IMG/VR virus record: IMGVR_UViG_2675903654_000023
Origin: a virus
Taxonomy: Duplodnaviria; Heunggongvirae; Uroviricota; Caudoviricetes
Strand: one strand, 5' to 3'
DNA length: 11,283 nucleotides
Shown: in pieces, positions 6,284 to 11,283 of the stretch
How positions within the stretch are numbered: the stretch's first letter is position 1
Layout of the letters: every line of letters begins with the position of its first letter
Program-made: the position numbers and the translations under genes
Notes under the pieces: generated by a model
Seen by the model: only the letters and a program-made list of their open reading frames with translations
Database searches by the model: none
What the model was told of the DNA's origin: nothing

Positions 6284-6970
6284 ATGACTGCTAACGTAAC
6301 CCCATCTGTTTTTCATTTTGAATCAGAAGCAACCATTCGAGCCATTGTTATTGATGGAAATCCTTGGTTTGTTGCCAAAGACGTTATTAAAGCTCTTCAA
6401 CTGACAAACCCCACTATGTCAATAAAATCTCTTGATGATGATGAAAGGGCTAAATTTAACTTAGGCCGTCAAGGCGAAACCAATATTATCAACGAGTCAG
6501 GCCTCTACACACTGATCCTCCGCTGCCGCGACGCAGTGACACCAGGCACTATCCCCTACCGCTTTCGTAAATGGGTTACAGGTGAGGTTCTTCCTCAGAT
6601 CCGCCGCACCGGAAGTTACATTAAAAACTCGCTCCCGCAGGAAGAACGCATAAAGATGGTTGCCGACCAGGTAGCCAACGCCACGGCGTCAGCAGTGATG
6701 AAGGCGATGAAGATAGAGAACAAAACCTACAGCGCCCCGCTGAAGCCAGGCTACCGCAGCCTGATTCACTCGCCGTCTGGTGTTCTCGGCCTGACGGAGA
6801 ACTCACTGCTGATGAATCTGCTGAACCAGTTACAGGAAGACGGGCACGACGTATCGGGCGCGGCGGCGGAGCTGACCACCATGTTCTGCTACATCGTCGG
6901 TGTGAGCAAATGCCTGCGTGATATCCAGACGCACGCGGAGTACATCAACGACAAGGCTGGGTTCTTCTGA
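6284..6970 (+). CDS. Antirepressor-like protein: N-terminal Bro-N domain plus shared C-terminal domain
   Basis: Internal ATG of track ORF 6131-6970, with RBS AGGTGA 5 nt upstream. The N-terminus has Bro-N motifs (IRAIVIDGNPWFVAKDV...GLYTLILRCR...FRKWVTGEVLPQIRRTG). The C-terminal roughly 80 aa are identical to those of the convergent gene at 8144-8800. Confidence 0.8.
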   Translation: MTANVTPSVFHFESEATIRAIVIDGNPWFVAKDVIKALQLTNPTMSIKSLDDDERAKFNLGRQGETNIINESGLYTLILRCRDAVTPGTIPYRFRKWVTGEVLPQIRRTGSYIKNSLPQEERIKMVADQVANATASAVMKAMKIENKTYSAPLKPGYRSLIHSPSGVLGLTENSLLMNLLNQLQEDGHDVSGAAAELTTMFCYIVGVSKCLRDIQTHAEYINDKAGFF

Positions 6971-6993
6971 CGGGCGGCGGCACAGGGATGTGC
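6730..6993. repeat. Inner inverted repeat, left arm (partner 8121-8385)
   Basis: Seen directly by reverse-complement comparison. About 230 bp (6763-6993) are near-identical to the reverse complement of 8121-8352, with one mismatch noticed. Identity drops to roughly 90% over the preceding 30 bp and is then lost. It covers the shared C-domain coding sequence plus a 3' hairpin (GGCACAGGGATGTGCC). Confidence 0.85.
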
Positions 6994-7042
6994 CTTTAAA
7001 TAATTCTGTACAGATTGCAGACTGTGGGTGAATAGCGTACTA

Positions 7043-7057
7043 TTACCTCAAGGGTAA
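7043..7057. promoter_or_regulatory. Palindromic operator-like site TTACC-N5-GGTAA (copy 3 of 4), upstream of the central module
   Basis: Seen directly: aTTACCtcaagGGTAAa. It is followed by a second inverted repeat (ACGGATT-N14-AATCCGT, 7059-7086) that overlaps a candidate promoter. Confidence 0.45.
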
Positions 7058-7063
7058 ACGGAT

Positions 7064-7093
7064 TGGTTTCATTTTTATTAATCCGTGTAATGA
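7064..7093 (+). promoter_or_regulatory. Candidate promoter of the central two-gene module
   Basis: Possible -35 TTGGTT (7064-7069), 18-nt spacer, -10 TAATGA (7088-7093). This is a weak call from reading the sequence only. Confidence 0.3.
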
Positions 7094-7117
7094 ACTTATG
7101 AGATATGAGGTAATGTC

Positions 7118-7297
7118 ATGCGAAACGAAAAATTGCAGATGCGTAGAGCGCAAGCTGCCGCAAGACGTTCTTTCAATGGAAGCGTAGAGTACGTAAAAGT
7201 TACTATGACAAAAGATCACGCAAGTCGCGTATCCCGCGCTTTCTTTGATTCTCGTAACAATAAGGAAAATTATGAGTTCGTCTGCGTCGCAGAATGA
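7118..7297 (+). CDS. Small basic protein (59 aa), candidate antitoxin or regulator of the central module
   Basis: Absent from the ORF track, presumably below its length cut-off; hand-translated as MRNEKLQMRRAQAAARRSFNGSVEYVKVTMTKDHASRVSRAFFDSRNNKENYEFVCVAE. Strong RBS GAGG 7 nt upstream of the ATG at 7118. Its 3' end overlaps the start of the next gene by 26 nt in a different frame. Confidence 0.45.
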   Translation: MRNEKLQMRRAQAAARRSFNGSVEYVKVTMTKDHASRVSRAFFDSRNNKENYEFVCVAE

Positions 7298-7817
7298 TAA
7301 AAATCAAGTTGTCAGATATAAGGGTCGAGTGTTGCATACGCAAAATTTCTCGGCCCTTTGTGCATCTGATCTTGAGCTGAAGAAAGTATCTGATGCCTTT
7401 ACCCAGTATTGGAAAACGGGATACCATCCATCTCTTGGTAAAGATGCTGCATTTGCTCGTCCGACAGAAATGCTTAAACTAAATGTCAGGCATACTCATG
7501 TCGATAACCAAGACTATATTCCAGAAGATAGTGATAAAAAACACACTGGTAAAAAATCATCTTGGGATGCATGGAAAAATATAGCGTCTGTACAAGTAAA
7601 ATGCATACCAACAAGTGATTGCTTTTTAGTTTATTCGGTAAATCACAATCGTGATGCGCTGGTTATGTTTTTTGTTGACGCAGATGCTCACAACATAACT
7701 GAGCAAGAAGAGTTTAAAGAGGAAGCAATCACTATCAGTTATCAATTCTTTGAGAAAACAAAAACAGAACCAATGCCTTTAGAAGAAGATCTTTTTTCTG
7801 ATAAATGGAAGGAATAG
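7272..7817 (+). CDS. Hypothetical protein (181 aa), candidate toxin; weak YafO-like resemblance
   Basis: Internal ATG of track ORF 7245-7817, with RBS AAGGA 5 nt upstream. AT-rich coding sequence. Segments (GKDAAF...LNVRHTHV...CFLVYSV...ALVMFFVDADAH) resemble motifs I recall from YafO-family toxins; this is from memory and unverified. An intrinsic terminator follows directly. Confidence 0.55.
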   Translation: MSSSASQNDKNQVVRYKGRVLHTQNFSALCASDLELKKVSDAFTQYWKTGYHPSLGKDAAFARPTEMLKLNVRHTHVDNQDYIPEDSDKKHTGKKSSWDAWKNIASVQVKCIPTSDCFLVYSVNHNRDALVMFFVDADAHNITEQEEFKEEAITISYQFFEKTKTEPMPLEEDLFSDKWKE

Positions 7818-7837
7818 CCCGCAGCGCGGGCTTTTTT
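7817..7837 (+). terminator. Intrinsic terminator of the central module
   Basis: Seen directly: stem GCCCGC (7817-7822), loop AGC, stem GCGGGC (7826-7831), then six T (7832-7837). It overlaps the stop codon. Confidence 0.7.
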
Positions 7838-7909
7838 GTGGACGAAACAAAAGTCAGTGCTACACTCATTGACGCCACATTGAGGTGGCTTATAGATGGA
7901 AATTTCACA

Positions 7910-8071
7910 ATGAAAAAAGCATTTGCTGCACTGTTCGTTTTGTTGTCTCTGGTAGCTTCAACTCAGGCCTTTGCCGGTCGTTGTCAGCACGACAGCGATA
8001 CTGCCGCTGACGGCTCCCGCTGCGGTGGGCGTTCTGCGGATTCCCGCCCGGGCGGCGGTGGCATTCGTTAA
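7910..8071 (+). CDS. Hypothetical small secreted peptide (53 aa precursor, about 31 aa mature, two Cys), possibly leaderless
   Basis: Internal ATG of track ORF 7805-8071. Signal peptide MKKAFAALFVLLSLVASTQAFA followed by a Gly/Arg/Asp-rich tail. A candidate promoter (TTGACG 7869-7874, TATAGA 7891-7896) would place the transcript start only a few nt before the ATG. No convincing Shine-Dalgarno. Coding status is uncertain. Confidence 0.3.
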   Translation: MKKAFAALFVLLSLVASTQAFAGRCQHDSDTAADGSRCGGRSADSRPGGGGIR

Positions 8072-8094
8072 AAACAAGGCCGCGAAAGCGGCCT
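8070..8094 (-). terminator. Candidate intrinsic terminator downstream of the AntA-type antirepressor gene
   Basis: Plus strand AGGCCGC-GAAA-GCGGCCT (8077-8094). On the minus strand this hairpin is followed by TGTTTTT. A 12-bp perfect palindrome GTGACATGTCAC (8095-8106) lies adjacent. Confidence 0.4.
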
Positions 8095-8120
8095 GTGACA
8101 TGTCACGCTAGTTTCGTTTT

Positions 8121-8385
8121 GCACGTCCCTGTGCCGCCGCCCGTCAGAAGAACCCAGCCTTGTCGTTGATGTACTCCGCGTGCGTCTGGATATCACGCAG
8201 GCATTTGCTCACACCGACGATGTAGCAGAACATGGTGGTCAGCTCCGCCGCCGCGCCCGATACGTCGTGCCCGTCTTCCTGTAACTGGTTCAGCAGATTC
8301 ATCAGCAGTGAGTTCTCCGTCAGGCCGAGAACACCAGACGGCGAGTGAATCAAACTGCGGTAGCCGGGCTTCAGTGGGGCGCTGT
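8121..8385. repeat. Inner inverted repeat, right arm (partner 6730-6993)
   Basis: Reverse complement is near-identical to 6763-6993; see the left-arm entry. Confidence 0.85.
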
Positions 8386-8800
8386 ATTCTTTTTTGTCTT
8401 CCAGCTTGATCGCCTCCATAATGGCGGGCATGAAGCCTGACAAGACCTTCTCCACTTTTGTTTCTTGTTGTCTTAAACGTTTCTCGCATTCAATGAAGTA
8501 GCGTCGTACCTGACGACCTTTTTCGTTACGCTCGACCATCGCCAGCTCTTTGGCTGTATCAAGGGTGAGGTGGTACTCTTTGCGGTTGTGGCCGCCTCTA
8601 CCAGATGTTTGCTTTCCCAAATTGGAAAGCAAAATATAGTCTTGATTTTCAATGAATTCGTATTCTGATATGCGATTTGTAATCCATGCTGCAAACACCT
8701 TTTTAACACCTAAAAAAGCGTGCAGATCGCGGGCATTACAAAGTAGGGCTGTTTCGTTAGATATAGTGCCGTTGAATACGGGGATGAGTTGAGCGTTCAT
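8144..8800 (-). CDS. Antirepressor-like protein: N-terminal AntA-type domain plus shared C-terminal domain
   Basis: The N-terminus matches the AntA/AntB antirepressor N-domain pattern (LIPVFNGT...[10 protein letters not shown]...W...EYEF...[27 protein letters not shown]). The C-terminal roughly 80 aa are identical to those of the 6284-6970 product. RBS GGAG 8 nt upstream of the ATG at 8800. Confidence 0.85.
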   Translation of the reverse strand: MNAQLIPVFNGTISNETALLCNARDLHAFLGVKKVFAAWITNRISEYEFIENQDYILLSNLGKQTSGRGGHNRKEYHLTLDTAKELAMVERNEKGRQVRRYFIECEKRLRQQETKVEKVLSGFMPAIMEAIKLEDKKEYSAPLKPGYRSLIHSPSGVLGLTENSLLMNLLNQLQEDGHDVSGAAAELTTMFCYIVGVSKCLRDIQTHAEYINDKAGFF

Positions 8801-8828
8801 GATGGCGTCTCCACTTAGCGAATTACAT

Positions 8829-8859
8829 CACCACCGCTGAGACCAATCAGATGGTGGTG
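8829..8859 (-). promoter_or_regulatory. Leader hairpin upstream of the AntA-type antirepressor RBS, loop UUGGUC
   Basis: Minus-strand reading: CACCACC-AT-CTGA-TTGGTC-TCAG-C-GGTGGTG. The loop is identical to the hairpin-2 loop of the minus-arm sRNA element, and the stem differs from the plus-arm leader by compensatory changes. Confidence 0.45.
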
Positions 8860-8958
8860 AACTGAACGGAGTTGGTCTTACCGGCCTAAGTGGTACCGGC
8901 GTCCTTTCGGACCCCCATTCAGCCCACCATAATTCTGGCATGACTGTGCTATACGCAT

Positions 8959-9080
8959 AAAAAAAACCACGTCTGGCGTGGTATGCGCCACTTAGTAATC
9001 CGGGAGACCAATCCCGGCACTGGATTTTGCCAGTGCATGATTACTATGGCACAAGAGGAGTGCGATGTAAATTTACCGCA
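8959..9080 (-). ncRNA. Candidate structured small RNA / terminated leader (minus arm)
   Basis: Inverted copy of the 6010-6130 element. Its own intrinsic terminator on the minus strand is ACCACG-CCAGA-CGTGGT followed by eight T (plus coordinates about 8959-8982), different in sequence from the plus-arm terminator. Hairpin-2 reads CCGGGA-TTGGTC-TCCCGG. Confidence 0.5.
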
Positions 9081-9087
9081 AAGGTAA
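9073..9087. promoter_or_regulatory. Palindromic operator-like site TTACC-N5-GGTAA (copy 4 of 4), overlapping the -10/+1 of the minus-arm sRNA promoter
   Basis: Seen directly: TTTACCgcaaaGGTAA. It is part of the outer inverted repeat. Confidence 0.5.
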
Positions 9088-9116
9088 TGATAAGCGCTAA
9101 GAAATATTAAAATCAA
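9087..9116 (-). promoter_or_regulatory. Sigma70-type promoter of the minus-arm sRNA-like element
   Basis: Minus-strand reading: -35 TTGATT (plus 9111-9116), 18-nt spacer, -10 TATCAT (plus 9087-9092). Sequence upstream of the -10 is not homologous to the plus-arm promoter, yet a promoter is retained. Confidence 0.45.
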
Positions 9117-9234
9117 CCATATTTGGTTAATGCGTATAAAAGAGCCAGCAGCGAGAAATTGTGCCGCGACGTAAAATAACGAGCATCTGCTGGCTTACAA
9201 CCAGCGATGTTTCAAATTTGTCACTATTATCAAC

Positions 9235-9582
9235 GTGCCATTCCACGGCGCAGAGCTTTATGTTGTCAATCACAACGGCGAACCGTATACCCCAATGAAA
9301 CCTATCGTTGAGGGAATGGGGCTAGACTGGAAATCTCAACATAAGAAGATTTCTCAACGCTTCTCGAAGGGTATGGTGGAAATCACCATACCTTCTGCCG
9401 GTGGGGTGCAAGCCATGATTTGTATGGCTTTACGAAAATTGGCAGCTTGGTTGAACAGCATCAGCCCTAACAAAGTCCGCCCTGAAATCCGCGAAAGTAT
9501 TGAAACATCAACCGTATCGATATCGACACGGTTGATTATGACGGTAACTTATTTCCGTGTGTCCTATTTCTCCCGCCACTAA
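9235..9582 (+). pseudogene. Probable remnant of an antirepressor N-terminal (P22_AR_N-like) domain gene
   Basis: The track ORF starts at a GTG with no RBS. Residues about 8-85 (LYVVNHNGEPYTPMKPIVEGMGLDWKSQHKKISQRF...LRKLAAWLNSISPNKVRPEIRE) resemble antirepressor N-terminal domains as I recall them. The last roughly 30 residues look like out-of-frame read-through. It ends back-to-back with the convergent 98-aa gene. Confidence 0.35.
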
Positions 9583-9879
9583 CTAATTATATTTGTCTTT
9601 AAAAATTTCATGGAATGATTGAGAGTAAGACTTGCCATACTTCAAATAACATTCTTCATCCAACTTTCTTAATGAACTTCGAACCTGTTCGTGGCATACA
9701 GCAAAAAAAACAAGTCCGCCGCCTATTAATACCCCTATTGATATTGGGTTCGCAACATCCCATAAAAAATCGGCTAACAGAGCAAATACCCCACCGCCGC
9801 CAATAAATGCCCCTATAGCTCGGTTCGTTTTAGCTTGCTCATAGCGTCTCTCTAACTCACTAAACTCTTTAATATCCAT
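9583..9879 (-). CDS. Small two-pass inner-membrane protein (98 aa) with glycine-zipper segments
   Basis: RBS GAGGTG 7 nt upstream of the ATG at 9879. Two hydrophobic segments rich in GxxxG (AIGAFIGGGGVFALLADFLW and ISIGVLIGGGLVFFAV). AT-rich coding sequence, immediately downstream of the large virion-protein gene. Confidence 0.6.
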   Translation of the reverse strand: MDIKEFSELERRYEQAKTNRAIGAFIGGGGVFALLADFLWDVANPISIGVLIGGGLVFFAVCHEQVRSSLRKLDEECYLKYGKSYSQSFHEIFKDKYN

Positions 9880-9897
9880 ATAAGCACCTCTATAAAA

Positions 9898-11283
9898 TTA
9901 CTTCATCACCGGATCCACCTGGTTTATTAGTGGCGCAATCCAGAACAGGTTATTGCCGGGTATCAGGGTTCGGACATTATGCACAATACGATCACCGGCA
10001 TCACCATTCAACACTCCTGCGGTCACATCAATGATGCTATCCGCAAGACCAAATGACGGTCCGAATAGAGATCCTACGAATCCACGACTGGCATACCTAG
10101 ACTGTGTGCCAGTGCCAAATAAAGCCCCCAGCCCAACAGCACCACCAGTAGCCTTTTCAGCCATGTTGTTATATTCCATCAATGGCCCAAGAATACCGGA
10201 TCTATCTATACCCTCAAGCACCAGCTTCTCTGGTGACCAGTCAACATTTTTCCCTTTCGATGCTTCTTTTAGCGCATAGACCAGTGAGCCAAGAGCAATC
10301 TGAAATGCAGTGCCATAATAAAATTGCGCAGTTCCTTCCTGTAACCCACCAAGTAGCGCACGGTTGTATGAAGCCGTTGTGAATGATTTAAACTGAAATA
10401 TCGTTCGCCCCATTGGAGTACTCGCCCATAAAGGTGTGTCACCAATACCGGGGGTGATGATAGTGTTATTAACGTCTTTCAGAACCGCTGACTGGAATAC
10501 TCCGGCAACGTACTGATCGTCCCATTTATCAAAGTTACCAATGTGCCATCCATCAATTACCTCACCATGTTTCTCGAACTCACTGCGAATACGCGCAGCC
10601 ATATTGTCGTTGATACCGAGTTTTGCCATGCGACGTGCAGAAAACGCACCAGACAAAATACCGTCTGACGTGAGCATTCCGTTCATGGATTTGTTTATGT
10701 CATTAAATCGATCCATGAGTGTCAGCTTGCCGAAGGCATCAGTAATTCGCTCCATTCCTGCTTCGACTGCTGTTGTCCTGGAAGAACTGTCAACAAGATC
10801 ACCAATTGCACGAGAACGTGAATGTAGTACAGCTTCCAATCCAATCCCCATCTTCAACATCTCTTCTTTGCTGGCCTTAAATGCCGGTGATTGGGATATC
10901 TGAGAAGCATAGCCTTTCATGGTGTTACGGAAACCATTAACCATAACCCCTCTGGCCAGATCTGGAATAGCTGATACTGTCATTCCACCGAGTTTGGTCG
11001 TGAAGTTCACATCCCGCAGAAAAGCGCCAGCACGAACAAAAAACGAAGACGGATCATCAGGCATACCATATGTACCAACAAGACGATCGCGTAATGCTGT
11101 TATGTCTCTGAGATCATTTGCTCTTGATTTTGAAAGTCTGGACTGTTCTTTCCGTAATTCCTTTTCGTACTTTCGCATTAATGAATCGAGTTTACCCTGA
11201 GGAACAACTTCACCATTGCTCTCATAACGTGCTTTCAGATTTGCCACACTTTCGTCATATTTCGCCTTTATTTTTTCAGGCAC
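9898..11283 (-). CDS. Large phage protein, 5'-truncated by the window edge; probably virion-associated, function unassigned
   Basis: Open reading frame running to the window edge, so the N-terminus lies outside. The sequence read has a charged N-terminal part and a Gly-rich hydrophobic stretch near the C-terminus (GGAVGLGALFGTGT). Its position directly upstream of the accessory module and tailspike on the same strand suggests a late-operon gene. Confidence 0.6.
   Translation of the reverse strand: MPEKIKAKYDESVANLKARYESNGEVVPQGKLDSLMRKYEKELRKEQSRLSKSRANDLRDITALRDRLVGTYGMPDDPSSFFVRAGAFLRDVNFTTKLGGMTVSAIPDLARGVMVNGFRNTMKGYASQISQSPAFKASKEEMLKMGIGLEAVLHSRSRAIGDLVDSSSRTTAVEAGMERITDAFGKLTLMDRFNDINKSMNGMLTSDGILSGAFSARRMAKLGINDNMAARIRSEFEKHGEVIDGWHIGNFDKWDDQYVAGVFQSAVLKDVNNTIITPGIGDTPLWASTPMGRTIFQFKSFTTASYNRALLGGLQEGTAQFYYGTAFQIALGSLVYALKEASKGKNVDWSPEKLVLEGIDRSGILGPLMEYNNMAEKATGGAVGLGALFGTGTQSRYASRGFVGSLFGPSFGLADSIIDVTAGVLNGDAGDRIVHNVRTLIPGNNLFWIAPLINQVDPVMK

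Noticed and set aside
7805-7909. N-terminal extension of track ORF 7805-8071
   Set aside because: The first roughly 35 codons run across the cargo-operon stop codon and its terminator hairpin. Only the portion from the ATG at 7910 is a plausible gene, and even that is uncertain.
6730-8385. DNA-invertase (Gin/Hin/Pin-type) switch as the explanation for the inverted repeats
   Set aside because: No recombinase gene is present in the window. The repeats are long homologous segments (about 100 and 260 bp), not short crossover sites. The two genes share their C-terminus, not a constant N-terminus with alternative C-termini as in tail-fibre inversion systems.
8193-8709. Minus-strand track ORFs 8193-8489 and 8473-8709 inside the AntA-type gene
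   Set aside because: They are alternative frames of a gene with a clear domain assignment; the translations are Arg/Gly-rich and without signals.
3111-8950. Additional LexA boxes elsewhere in the window
   Set aside because: Scanning by eye for CTGT-N8-ACAG found only partial matches (for example around 3111, 3215, 7003 and 8930) lacking the second half-site. Only 5675-5694 is canonical.
9953-11200. Plus-strand track ORFs antisense to the large virion-protein gene (9953-10279, 10182-10382, 10541-10903, 10919-11200)
   Set aside because: Antisense to a continuous 461-codon open frame; no RBS, Ser/Pro-rich translations.
1-11283. CRISPR array, rRNA, insertion sequence or transposase
   Set aside because: No regularly spaced direct repeats and no transposase- or integrase-like ORF were seen. 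The only long repeats are the two inverted-repeat pairs described above.

Overview
This window reads as the late/accessory end of an enterobacterial-type temperate phage (prophage), interpreted from the sequence and the supplied ORF track only; no searches were run. From left to right: two convergent envelope-protein genes (1-1071); a minus-strand lysis cassette (1291-3097) of two membrane proteins, a GH19-type endolysin and an Rz spanin with embedded Rz1; a minus-strand tailspike gene (3443-5518) with a C-terminal self-cleaving chaperone domain; and a partial virion protein gene at the right edge (9898-11283). Between tailspike and virion gene lies the most interesting part, a roughly 3.4 kb immunity-type module (about 5675-9120). 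It contains a canonical LexA box in front of a small stand-alone antirepressor-domain gene, and two convergent antirepressor-like genes with unrelated N-terminal domains (Bro-N versus AntA) but a near-identical C-terminal domain carried on a roughly 260 bp inverted repeat. Each antirepressor gene is preceded by a promoter, a structured sRNA-like element and a terminator, duplicated as an outer inverted repeat. Within each arm the 6-nt loop of an sRNA hairpin is identical to the loop of a hairpin in the downstream leader, and the loop differs between arms. A 15-bp palindrome TTACC-N5-GGTAA recurs at four promoter-proximal sites. The AT-rich centre of the module carries an overlapping two-gene toxin-antitoxin-like pair. 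No CRISPR array, tRNA, rRNA or transposase was recognised.
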